Shown here piece after piece: positions 54,897 through 64,000 of a stretch of DNA of 64,000 nt; the first letter of the stretch is position 1, and each line of letters begins with the position of its first letter. The notes below the pieces were generated by a model. That model did no database searches, had not been told where the DNA came from, and saw only the letters and a list, made by a program, of their open reading frames with translations. Both the position numbers and the translations under genes were made by a program. Source of the DNA: Polyangiales bacterium (GTDB lineage Bacteria; Myxococcota_A; Polyangia; Polyangiales; Polyangiaceae); NCBI GenBank assembly GCA_038230375.1, contig JBBRNJ010000024.1, positions 1 to 64,000 on the forward strand, given 5' to 3'.

Positions 54897-57832
54897 TGCG
54901 CCATCTTCACCTCGCCTTGCTCACGATGCTTGCGACGTTTGGCGCGCTCACGCTCTCGGCCCCCGTTTTCGCGGACGACGTGGCCGACGAAGTGGACCTC
55001 CAGTTCCAGCTCGGCGCAGAGCGGTACAAGGCACGCGATTTCGTCGGGGCGCTCGAGCACTTCCTCGCGTCGAACCGCCTCGCGCCCAACCGCAACGTCG
55101 TCTACAACATCGCGCGCACGTACGAGCAGCTGAAGCGCTACCCGGAGGCGTATCGCTATTACGTACGCGCTCTCGACGGAGAGAAGGACGCGCCCACGCG
55201 CGCGCGCGTCGAGGAGGCCATCGCGCGTATCGCTCCAAGGGTCGGGGTGCTCAAGGTCGAGACCGTTCCGCCGGGTGCAAGGCTCTATCTCGATCGCAAG
55301 GACCTCGGCGGCAACGCGCCGCAGCGACTTGGCCTGCCGCCAGGGAAATACAGGGTGATCGCGGAGCTCGACGGATACGAGGACGTGAGCTCGGACCTCG
55401 TTGACGCGACGGTCGGACGTGAGTCCGTCATCTCGCTCCGGCTCGTCCGCATTCTCGGGACCATCCACGTGACGGGAGACACCGCGGGCGCCGAGGTGCG
55501 CCTGGACAGCGAGGGCGGTCCGCCTGGCTGCGTCGTGCCGTGCGATCTTTCGGCCGTGCCGGGTACCCACACGATGTACGTCTCTCGCGCCGGATTCCAG
55601 AGCACGCAGATCGTGGTCGCCGTCACCGCAAAGGAGACGGTCCCGGTGCATCCGCCGCAGCTCGTGGCGTTCGCTGCCAGGACAGGCGCCGTGGTCGTCG
55701 AGGCCGACGAGCCGAGCGCGCTCATCGAGGTCGACGGCCGCGCGCAAGGCTTCGCGCCCTCCGTCGTCACCACGCCGATCGGGACGCACCGCGTGCGGGT
55801 CAGCCTGCGCGGGTACCGTGCGGTCGAGCAGATCGTCGTCGTCGAGACGGACAAACAGGTGAAGATCCAGGCGAGCCTCGAGCCCGCAGAGCAGGTCCAG
55901 GCTGCGTCGCGCGCCTCCGAGGCCGTCGAGGACGCGCCTGGCTCCGTCTCCATCTTGTCGAGCGCAGAGCTTCGCGCGATGAGCTATCCCACCGTCGCCG
56001 AGGCGCTCCGCGGAACGCGCGGCGTCTACGTCTCCGACGATCGCTCCTATCCCTCGCTTGGCTTTCGCGCGCTCGGCTATCCGGGCAGCTACGGCAACCG
56101 GGTGCTCGTCCTCTCCGACGGACAGCCCATGAACGACGACTGGATCGGCTCGTCGTATGTCAGCTACGACCTCAGAACCGACATCGAGGACATCGACCAC
56201 ATCGAGGTCGTGCGCGGCCCAGGCTCTGTTCTCTACGGCACCAACGCATTCTCTGGCGTCATCAATCTCGTCCCGCGCGGACGCGACGCGCCCGACGGTT
56301 GGGAGGTTGGCGCCTCCACGCCCGAAGCTGGAATGATGCGCGGGCGCATGCGCGTCACGCGGCACTTCGGGCCGGACTCCGGCGCGTGGGTGTCCTTCTC
56401 GGGCGGCAAGAGCGCGGGGCGCGACTTCTTCTTCCCCGAATACGTATCTGACGGCCCGGCATCGGTCGCAGGCAATGCGCGCGGCGTGGACGGGCTCAAC
56501 GTGGGCACGTGGACCGGACAGGTCTGGTGGAAGGCGCTGACAGCACAGTGGTCGCTGAACTCGCAGCAGAAGCACCTGCCCAGCGGCGAGTTCGTGACGA
56601 TCCTCGGCGACAAGCGCACCCGGGAGGCTGATACGCGCGGGATGCTGGAGGTGCGATACGAGCCGAAGATCACCGACTCCCTGCAGTCGCTCTCTCGCGT
56701 GCACGCCAACTACTACGGGTACCGCGCCACGTTTGCTCACCTCCCGCCGTCCGGCATCGAGGAAGACAAGTACGACGGCGGGTGGGTTGGTGCCGAGCAA
56801 CGCTTCATCTACTCACCGTGGCCGCGACTCAGGCTCACCGGGGGTGGCGAGGTGCAGGACCACTTCGCCGTGCACCAGACCGTCGCGGACGAGCAGCAAG
56901 GAAGCGTCCTCGACGATCGGCGCCCGTTCGTCGTCGGCGCCGGATATCTCCTCGCCGACGTCTCTCCGTCGGACCGCGCGAAGATCTCCGCGGGCGCGCG
57001 CTTCGACACGTACTCCACGTTCGGCTCATCGCTCAACCCGCGCCTCGCGCTGATCCTGAAGCCCTACGACCGCGACAACGTGAAGGTGATGGTCGGCAAG
57101 GCGTTCCGCGCGCCGAGCATCTACGAGCTCTACTACACGGGATACGGGCAGCCCCCCGCGCCAGACCTCCGTCCGGAGGACGTCTACTCGGCCGAGGTCG
57201 AGTACTCGCACCGATTCTCCACCACAACGACCGGGCTCCTCTCCGTCTATGGCAACTACGTTCGAAACCTCATCGTGCTGCGCGACATCGATCCGGTGCA
57301 GCAGATCTCGCAATACACGAACACGCAGACGCCGGTCACGAGTGTCGGCACCGAGCTCGAGGCACGCCGCGAATGGAAATCGGGCTGGATGCTCTCCGGA
57401 GCCGGGTCGCTCCAGCGCTCGCAATACATGAAGTCCGATGAGGTCTCCGATGTCCTTGCGTACAGGCGCAGCGCCGACCTCCGCGAGGTCCCCAACGTGC
57501 CGCCCTGGCTCCTCTCGGTGAAGGGCGCAGTCCCGGTGCTCGGCCGTGCGCTCACCGCCATGACGCGCGTCACGCTCGAAGGCGCGCGCTTTGATCGCAA
57601 CGACCAGGCGACGAGCCCGGATCCGCAGAACAAGACCGACGCATCGGTCATCTGGGACCTGATCCTCTCCGGCGTCGAGCCAAAGTGGGGTGTGCGGTAT
57701 GCGGTCGGCTTCTACAACATAGCGGACTGGCGGCAAGTGGCGCCCGTGAGCACCGAGTTCCGTCAGACGACGATGCTACAGCCGGGACGAACCTTCTTTG
57801 CGTCCGTGGGCGCGACGTTCGGAGGCCCATGA
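54896..57832 (+). CDS. TonB-dependent receptor with N-terminal TPR and three PEGA domains
   Basis: TGATG overlap; signal peptide; TPR (YNIARTYEQL.RY.EA..YY); PEGA repeats; plug IEVVRGPGSVLYG.NAF.GVIN; barrel AFRAPSIYELY; ends PGRTFFASVGATF-GGP. Confidence 0.9.
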   Translation: MRHLHLALLTMLATFGALTLSAPVFADDVADEVDLQFQLGAERYKARDFVGALEHFLASNRLAPNRNVVYNIARTYEQLKRYPEAYRYYVRALDGEKDAPTRARVEEAIARIAPRVGVLKVETVPPGARLYLDRKDLGGNAPQRLGLPPGKYRVIAELDGYEDVSSDLVDATVGRESVISLRLVRILGTIHVTGDTAGAEVRLDSEGGPPGCVVPCDLSAVPGTHTMYVSRAGFQSTQIVVAVTAKETVPVHPPQLVAFAARTGAVVVEADEPSALIEVDGRAQGFAPSVVTTPIGTHRVRVSLRGYRAVEQIVVVETDKQVKIQASLEPAEQVQAASRASEAVEDAPGSVSILSSAELRAMSYPTVAEALRGTRGVYVSDDRSYPSLGFRALGYPGSYGNRVLVLSDGQPMNDDWIGSSYVSYDLRTDIEDIDHIEVVRGPGSVLYGTNAFSGVINLVPRGRDAPDGWEVGASTPEAGMMRGRMRVTRHFGPDSGAWVSFSGGKSAGRDFFFPEYVSDGPASVAGNARGVDGLNVGTWTGQVWWKALTAQWSLNSQQKHLPSGEFVTILGDKRTREADTRGMLEVRYEPKITDSLQSLSRVHANYYGYRATFAHLPPSGIEEDKYDGGWVGAEQRFIYSPWPRLRLTGGGEVQDHFAVHQTVADEQQGSVLDDRRPFVVGAGYLLADVSPSDRAKISAGARFDTYSTFGSSLNPRLALILKPYDRDNVKVMVGKAFRAPSIYELYYTGYGQPPAPDLRPEDVYSAEVEYSHRFSTTTTGLLSVYGNYVRNLIVLRDIDPVQQISQYTNTQTPVTSVGTELEARREWKSGWMLSGAGSLQRSQYMKSDEVSDVLAYRRSADLREVPNVPPWLLSVKGAVPVLGRALTAMTRVTLEGARFDRNDQATSPDPQNKTDASVIWDLILSGVEPKWGVRYAVGFYNIADWRQVAPVSTEFRQTTMLQPGRTFFASVGATFGGP

Positions 57833-58383
57833 ACGTGAGCCCTTCAAAGGCCGCATTCGCGGCTATTGCCATACTCGCGCCGCTCACAATCACGCTCACG
57901 CTTTGCGTCGCGCCCGGTTGCGACGACGCGCCGACGCACATCTACAGCGCGCAGCTCTACGAGCAAGCGAACGACTGCCTGGATGACTACACCGCGCTCG
58001 ACATCGTCACGGGTGGCACGGGGAGCTCAGGCTGCAATCCCGTGTGTCTGGTCGGTGGCGGCGCAACCTACGTCTCCACGGTGTGCCCGCCCTACGCGAC
58101 CGCGGTCGCACCGGGCGCCCCTGATGACCCCGCGTGCATTGCGGCGCTCGCTGCCTACCAGACATGCAAGTGGTGCATGAGCACGGGCAACGAGCCGACC
58201 TGCACCTACGACGGCGGCGACGCGGGCATGGTGGACGATGCCGGCGACCAGGCGGACAGCGGCGGGAGTGACGCGAGCGACGCGAGCGACGGCGGCGACG
58301 GCACGGCAGACGCCATCACCAGCGACGACGCAGGTGACGACGGCGCCATGGCCGATGCAGACGACGCAGCGACCGACGACTGA
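57829..58383 (+). CDS. Cys-rich lipoprotein with acidic DA-rich tail
   Basis: GGAGG RBS, ATGA overlap with the receptor stop; APG-C lipobox. Confidence 0.7.
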   Translation: MNVSPSKAAFAAIAILAPLTITLTLCVAPGCDDAPTHIYSAQLYEQANDCLDDYTALDIVTGGTGSSGCNPVCLVGGGATYVSTVCPPYATAVAPGAPDDPACIAALAAYQTCKWCMSTGNEPTCTYDGGDAGMVDDAGDQADSGGSDASDASDGGDGTADAITSDDAGDDGAMADADDAATDD

Positions 58384-58416
58384 AAGTAACTGCGTCTACT
58401 GCGCTGTAGTGGCGCG

Positions 58417-58812
58417 TCACGCAAATGGGTCTCCACTTGCGTAGCTCTCCACGAAGGCCTCGAAGCTCGGGCTGATGGGCTGGCGCTTGTTGTCGACGGC
58501 AGTGACTCCCTTGTCGGTTGGGGAGAGGTGCAGGACCATCGCAGTTCCGAGGCGCCAGTCGGCGAACATGAGGTCCACCTCTGCTCCGTTTCGCGTCGCG
58601 TAGAGCGGCTGGATGAGATCACTTGCTTGCATGAAGATGAGGCCGTGCAGATCGCTCGCCATCGTCCCGTCTGCAAGCATCCAGAGCGCGCGGAACGACC
58701 GCGGGAGCACGATCCCGTGCGCGCTCTCGATCGCGTCGAGCATCGCCTCGGTCGCGCCGGTCTCTGCGGCGATTCCCTGGCGTACCCACGCATCGAACAC
58801 AGACTTCACCAT
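58417..58812 (-). CDS. SMI1/KNR4 (SUKH) family protein
   Basis: GATEAMLDAIE...GIVLP.SFR.LW...DG; C-terminal SPSFEAFVE. Confidence 0.8.
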   Translation of the reverse strand: MVKSVFDAWVRQGIAAETGATEAMLDAIESAHGIVLPRSFRALWMLADGTMASDLHGLIFMQASDLIQPLYATRNGAEVDLMFADWRLGTAMVLHLSPTDKGVTAVDNKRQPISPSFEAFVESYASGDPFA

Positions 58813-59005
58813 GGGCCTCACGCAGGGCCAGAATACCACCGTGACGCGAGGCGAAGCCTGCGCGCGCTCTCGAATGCGGAGACGGCCTCCGGCGCATGAG
58901 CGCGTCGTACATCGCAACCTCTTCGACCGCGAGCGAGCGACGACGCCAGTGACGACGGGCCCAACGGCGATGCAGACGACGAGGGGACCGGCGACTGATC
59001 GCCGT

Positions 59006-62000
59006 TCAAGGCTGTGGGAGATCACCGTCACCTAGCGAGCGTGAGAACTCGGCGGTGAGCTGCCGGAAGATGTCCACCTGGTCCATGTACTTCCGGAGCT
59101 GCGCGTCCGCGCCTGGTGCCATGGGGTCCTTCTGCGGTAGACCGTTGGCGTCGAGCTGCAGTTTCACCGTGCCGTCGGCGTTGTACTTGATGAAGCCCAT
59201 CGCGTCCGTCTCCACGATGTACGTCTGGATGAGGAGCGTGGTTGCCCACTCGAGCATGCGAGCGCCGATGCCCTTCTCGTGATCGACGCCGAAGATGTTC
59301 TCCGTCCCCGTCGAGTGCGCGCGGTACGTTTTGCCGCTCTGCGGATCGTAGAGCGTGTAGGTCTCGGTGACTGGCCAGTTGACCTGATCGGCGGCGAGCG
59401 TGGTGATCCGTGACTCGTCGACGAAGCTCTGGGACCAGTTCGTCGGGAAGTACATCGTGGACCAGACCATCGCGTAGAGCTGCTCGTTGAAGCCCCAGTT
59501 GGGGTCCAGGAGCTTCGCGTTCGCGGGGCGCGTGCCAAGCCCCACGTCCGTGAGCGCGTGCCACGAAGGGTAGGTGATGACCCCATCCGCTGCGTTCGGT
59601 CCCGGCGCCTTCGAGGCGGCAACCCACGGCCCGAACTGCGCCGTGTCGCCGGTGAAGAGCGATGCGAACAGGCGACGCGTCTGCGCGGGATAGACCGTGG
59701 CGAAGTTCACGTTCTTGTAGCGGCCGTCCACGAAGTCTTCCTTCGAGTTCGAGATGAAGGAGTCGAACGCTTCTGCGAGGTAGAAGGTCGCCCACGTCTT
59801 CTCGTAGTAGGCGCCGACTTGCTTCTGGTAGTCGGCCCACCAGTAGCCCTTGCCGTAGTCGAAGTCGTTGTGGACGAAGCGACCTGGGCCGAGCGGTACG
59901 TGGAAGTCATAGGGGGAGGCCGCGGGGAGCGGCGACGGGTCGGCCACGTAGAGATCGAGATCCAGCCCGTAGGGTTGCCCGCCTACGCAGCTGTCCGCGT
60001 TTGCGTTGCAGTAGTACCCGGGCTCGGGGCGCGTGAGGATGCGCGCGAACATGTCGAACGCGATCGTGCTGCCCATGCTGAGCGCACCCCAGTTGCCGTC
60101 GTCGAGGAGCTCCTTGTTGGGGACGCTCGGATCGTCGGCCGAGAGCACCATTCCGAACGCGAACGTCTTCGAGATGAGCTGGATCGTGTCCAGGTAGTGC
60201 GCTTGCAGGCGCTCGACCACGGCCTCCGAGTTGAAGCTCACGCGGTTGTGACGGAAGGCGTCCAGGATGTAGCGGTTCTCGTAGGCGGCCTCCAGGAAGC
60301 GAATCTGCTCGTAGGCGTCCGCGCCTGCGTCGTAGGTGAAGGCGGGGACGTTGCCGGAGTCGGCGTACTCGTCGCTCATGAACATGTAGCCGCGTCGCAC
60401 GCGGCCCTTGTCGTCGACCGAGCGTGGCGCGATCCCGAACAGGTAGCTCGCCCAGGTGGGATCGGCGGCAAAATCGCGCATGACGTCGTAGCCCACCACG
60501 TCCATCGCGTGCTCGTTGCACTTCTTGCCCAGGACAGCGTCCGGCGCGGACGATGCCGTGCAGTCGCCCAGCAAGCCGAACTCGGCCTGGTATGCGCTGT
60601 AGTGGAGGTGGGCCGGTCCGTTCGCGGGGTTGACCGTGGGAAGGTCTTCGATCCCGAAGAGACCGGTTCCCTGCGCGAAGGCGGTGAGCTCGTACGCCTT
60701 CTTCTGCCCGTCACCGCTGCCAGTCACGCTGACACCGCCGCCATCCCACACGTCAACGACGCCGCCGTAGCCAAAACGGATCGCCGCGCGATCGTATTTG
60801 CCCTGGAGGTCCATGTCGTGGTTCTGGTCGCCCGGGTAGTCCATGACGCTGGTGGTGCTGTACTTGTTGATGTTGCCTGCCGTCTCGTCGACGGAGACAG
60901 GGTCCTTCCAGCGTGGACCCACGCAGGTGGCGCCGTTGGTGTTGCCGTCGGCGCACGCGGCGGTGATCTGGCCGTTGCTCGTGCGGAGCTGCCAGTACTG
61001 CGGGGCGTAGTTCAGCGAGTCGAACGAGGCTGCGAAGTTGTGACGGAGCCCCATCGAGTGGCCCATCTCGTGCGCGTAGACGCTGCCCGAGTACTCACGT
61101 CGCGCCCAGTTGTAGACTGCATCCTTGTGGGTGGAGACGGCCGTAGGATCCTTGGGATCCGGCGTGGGGAAGAGGCGCGCCGCGACCTTCGCAAGGCCCA
61201 GCAGGTTGTCCGGCTCGGGTGCGTCCAGCCTGCAGGAGTGCCGCGCGGACTGCGCCATCCGCTTCGAGCGCTCACGCTCGCGACGAAGGACGGGGTTCAT
61301 CTTGCCGAACGGCGTGCCGCGCCTGATCGCGTCCTTCGTTACCGGCTGGCTCGGGTCGAAGCCCGCGGCCTGCGCCATCTCCGGCGAGACCATCGCCGCT
61401 TCGATCGACGTGCTCTTGAGCTGGGTGAGCCGCGAAGCGAGGACACCGTTGCCGGGGCCCAGGCGGTTCGCATCGAGCAACGACTGCAGGCGCTGCTTGC
61501 GTCGCTGTGCAGGCGGTGTGTGGGAGACCTTCTGCGCGCCCGAGAGCCCGCCAAGGTACGGGGCGATCACCTGCGGATCGAACGCTGCGGCGCGCGACGC
61601 AGTCTCGTTCGCATCCATCGCGACGAAGGCCTCAGCGGCACCGCCGGGACGGTTTGCCGCGACCCACGCGGACACGTTCTGACCTTCGATGTAGTCGGTC
61701 GGCGGCAGCTCACCATTGAGCAGGGCCAGGAGATCGACGAGCGTCGCGGCGGCGCGATCGAGCACGGCCGACCACTGGTTGACGCTGCCGGCGATCTTCT
61801 CGCCCGTGAGCGGATCCTCGGCGTCGACCATGATTCCCCAGGGGCTCTCGAACTGCGGCGAGGCGACCAGGTTGATGAAGTTGTACCGAATGTCGCCCAG
61901 GCGGCGGACGATCGGCACGCCGTCCTTGTCCGCTGCCGCACCGCACGCCGGATCGTCCTTCGTGGGATCAACGGGGTTGTGGCAGAGCACGAAGACGCGC

Positions 62001-63358
62001 CCGACCGCGGCGGCCGAGTCAGAGCCGACCGGCGGCGAGAAGTCGTCCGCCCAGCGAGCGGGCCAGCCCATCTCGGCGTTGCAGCTTGTGCCCTTCGTCT
62101 TGCGGCACTCGGCGAGCCGCCCGGCGAGGATGGCGACGCGCGTGGCCTCGCTCCAACCATCGAGCATCTTCGCCGTGCCTTCGAAGAGGTCCTCCGCGAA
62201 GCCCGAGTTCACGTACCAGACGGTGGTCTTCACCTTGCGGTCGCGGAACGGAAGCGTGCATTCTCCACGGAACACGTCGCAGCGCGAGCCGCGGCCGACG
62301 CTCTTGCACTCGTCCTCCGTGCCGTCCGCGTCCTCGTCGCGGTGCGGGTCCTTGCCGACCGGCGTGGAGCCCGGTGACGCGCAGGCGACGATGGGGCTGG
62401 CGTGCGACTTCTCGAAGACGTTCCACTTCGAGGCGAAGCGGTGCCACTTGTCGTCGATGACGCCGTAGTGCCGGTCGTAACCGAGGCGATCGTTCGAGAA
62501 CCACCCGAACAGGTCCATGCGGTTGCCGTCGTAATCGAGGGCCTCGAAGTCGTGGTCCGTGACCTTCATGAAGGACTGACGAAGGACCACCTCGCTCGGG
62601 TTGCAGCTCGCGAGCGGGAAGTTGCCAGTCAGGTAGCAAGCCGGCACGTCGCCCCAGTCGGGATCGTGAACCATCTGCGGCTTTGCGAAGACCTTGATCG
62701 TGGTGTCAAAGTAGCCGTTCGCAAGGTCGACCACCGGGTGATCGGGGCTCTTCGGATCATCGACGTAGTAGGTCAGCGCCTCGTAGGAGATCGCGCCTTC
62801 GAGCCCGAGGGCGGAGACCGTGTCCAGCTCGTAGGCCGTCGTGATGGTGTTCTTCGACCAGTCGACGCGGAAGAAGGCGCGGTCGTACCAGGCGCGGTCC
62901 GTCGTGTTCTCGAGGATGACGTTCGACTCCTCGCCAGTGACGGAGTTGTACTCACGGCGAATGTCGAATTGCGAGGTGATGTCGAACGCAGCCACGACCT
63001 GGCCGTTGGGGGTCGCGCGGAGGCCGGTGTGATCGGTGTCGGCGACGCGCTCGTAGGTGAGGCGCGCGAGCAATGACTTCTCGGTGATCTCCCATTTGAT
63101 GCGCACGGTTGGCTGCGCGTCGGAGCTGGTGAAGAGCCCTTCGGAGTCGGCGCCCGCGGGCACGTCGACCACGGTCGTGTGCATGTAGAACTCGGGATCG
63201 TCGACGGGATCCGCCAGCTTCTCGCCCACGAAGAAGGACTTCGGCAAAGCTGCAGACTGCACGCGGTTGATCGGGTCTCGCTCCTCCGAGCACCCCATGG
63301 GTGCGATCGCGAGGCCGAGGACGAACAACGCGACGAGCAGGCGAAGGAGGTAACGCAT
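59006..63358 (-). CDS. very large lipoprotein with metzincin zinc-metalloprotease motif
   Basis: PMG-C lipobox; DPLTGE; HEMGHSMGLRHNFAAS; Met-turn SVMDY; YD.AAIRFGY. Confidence 0.85.
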   Translation of the reverse strand: MRYLLRLLVALFVLGLAIAPMGCSEERDPINRVQSAALPKSFFVGEKLADPVDDPEFYMHTTVVDVPAGADSEGLFTSSDAQPTVRIKWEITEKSLLARLTYERVADTDHTGLRATPNGQVVAAFDITSQFDIRREYNSVTGEESNVILENTTDRAWYDRAFFRVDWSKNTITTAYELDTVSALGLEGAISYEALTYYVDDPKSPDHPVVDLANGYFDTTIKVFAKPQMVHDPDWGDVPACYLTGNFPLASCNPSEVVLRQSFMKVTDHDFEALDYDGNRMDLFGWFSNDRLGYDRHYGVIDDKWHRFASKWNVFEKSHASPIVACASPGSTPVGKDPHRDEDADGTEDECKSVGRGSRCDVFRGECTLPFRDRKVKTTVWYVNSGFAEDLFEGTAKMLDGWSEATRVAILAGRLAECRKTKGTSCNAEMGWPARWADDFSPPVGSDSAAAVGRVFVLCHNPVDPTKDDPACGAAADKDGVPIVRRLGDIRYNFINLVASPQFESPWGIMVDAEDPLTGEKIAGSVNQWSAVLDRAAATLVDLLALLNGELPPTDYIEGQNVSAWVAANRPGGAAEAFVAMDANETASRAAAFDPQVIAPYLGGLSGAQKVSHTPPAQRRKQRLQSLLDANRLGPGNGVLASRLTQLKSTSIEAAMVSPEMAQAAGFDPSQPVTKDAIRRGTPFGKMNPVLRRERERSKRMAQSARHSCRLDAPEPDNLLGLAKVAARLFPTPDPKDPTAVSTHKDAVYNWARREYSGSVYAHEMGHSMGLRHNFAASFDSLNYAPQYWQLRTSNGQITAACADGNTNGATCVGPRWKDPVSVDETAGNINKYSTTSVMDYPGDQNHDMDLQGKYDRAAIRFGYGGVVDVWDGGGVSVTGSGDGQKKAYELTAFAQGTGLFGIEDLPTVNPANGPAHLHYSAYQAEFGLLGDCTASSAPDAVLGKKCNEHAMDVVGYDVMRDFAADPTWASYLFGIAPRSVDDKGRVRRGYMFMSDEYADSGNVPAFTYDAGADAYEQIRFLEAAYENRYILDAFRHNRVSFNSEAVVERLQAHYLDTIQLISKTFAFGMVLSADDPSVPNKELLDDGNWGALSMGSTIAFDMFARILTRPEPGYYCNANADSCVGGQPYGLDLDLYVADPSPLPAASPYDFHVPLGPGRFVHNDFDYGKGYWWADYQKQVGAYYEKTWATFYLAEAFDSFISNSKEDFVDGRYKNVNFATVYPAQTRRLFASLFTGDTAQFGPWVAASKAPGPNAADGVITYPSWHALTDVGLGTRPANAKLLDPNWGFNEQLYAMVWSTMYFPTNWSQSFVDESRITTLAADQVNWPVTETYTLYDPQSGKTYRAHSTGTENIFGVDHEKGIGARMLEWATTLLIQTYIVETDAMGFIKYNADGTVKLQLDANGLPQKDPMAPGADAQLRKYMDQVDIFRQLTAEFSRSLGDGDLPQP

Positions 63359-63409
63359 CGGCGCCCGCTGTAGCACGCGGCCGTCCGTCGAGCTAAGCTC
63401 GGGTTGCTG

Positions 63410-64000
63410 ATGAGACAGATTCGGGAAAACGCGGCCGGGCTCGCTCTGGCACTGCTCATGGTTCTTGCCGGCTTTGCCGGTTGCGCAGGCGGTTCCGAGG
63501 TCACGGGCAGCGCCGACGACGCGGGCTCCACCCGGCCGGATGTTGGCTCCATCGACCCCGTTTCCAGCTACGGCCAGGGGGACACGGGCCTGGTCGTGGG
63601 GCCTGGCGGACCGGGTGAAGCTGTCGTGGATGGCGCCGTGACGCTCCTTGAAGGTGGCACCTCGGCCGGCCTCGTGATCAACGAGGTGGACTACGACCAG
63701 GTCGGCACGGACGCCGCGGAGTTCGTCGAGATCTACAACCCGACCGCGTTGACGCTGGATCTCGACAACGTGGCGCTCGTGCTCGTCAGCACCACCTCCG
63801 AATATGGGCGGGTGGATCTGAGCGGACCGCTCGCGCCGGGCAAGTACCTGCTCGTCGCGAGCCCAAACGTGTTGGGCCCCGATGCGGGCGTTGCTCGGCT
63901 TGCGTTGCCGACCTCGACCAACGCGCTGCGAAACGGCACTGCCGCGGTGGGCCTGCTCGACAAGACCACGGGAACGCTGCTCGACGCGCTCTCCTACGGT
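63410..64000 (+). CDS. lamin-tail-domain lipoprotein (partial, runs off window)
   Basis: own translation: MRQIRENAAGLALALLMVLAGFAG-C...GLVINEVDYDQVGTDAAEFVEIYN. Confidence 0.8.
   Translation, partial: MRQIRENAAGLALALLMVLAGFAGCAGGSEVTGSADDAGSTRPDVGSIDPVSSYGQGDTGLVVGPGGPGEAVVDGAVTLLEGGTSAGLVINEVDYDQVGTDAAEFVEIYNPTALTLDLDNVALVLVSTTSEYGRVDLSGPLAPGKYLLVASPNVLGPDAGVARLALPTSTNALRNGTAAVGLLDKTTGTLLDALSYG

Noticed and set aside
1..64000. Mobile elements, prophage, rRNA/tRNA
   Set aside because: No transposase, integrase, phage structural or structural-RNA signatures recognised

Overview
High-GC bacterial DNA with the hallmarks of a myxobacterium (Polyangiaceae/Labilithrix-like, inferred from gene content): many Cys-rich lipoproteins, three Hanks-type Ser/Thr kinases, TPR/PEGA proteins and a Myxococcales-type ECF sigma factor. 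About 55 CDS can be supported. I saw no rRNA, tRNA, CRISPR array or transposase. The best candidate for a new system is an sdpA-sdpB-sdpC (sporulation-delaying/cannibalism toxin) operon at 16338-18843. Its precursor is unusual: it is lipoprotein-anchored, enlarged, and has no Cys in the predicted toxin core. A convergent repressor + thiol oxidoreductase + membrane protein operon lies where sdpRI lies in Bacillus. Other highlights: (1) one operon joining a caa3-type oxidase (subunit I-III fusion) to a Rieske / cytochrome b-c fusion complex; (2) a sigma54 promoter with tandem palindromic enhancer-like boxes ahead of a beta-helix / diheme cytochrome pair; (3) a kinase-kinase-TPR/PEGA-TonB receptor operon; (4) a head-to-head ECF sigma / zinc-finger kinase pair; (5) a nucleotidyltransferase with a small partner ORF; (6) two candidate TetR operator sets; (7) repeated signs of leaderless transcription; (8) at least one probable single-base frameshift. 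All family calls come from motifs recognised by eye, not from database searches.
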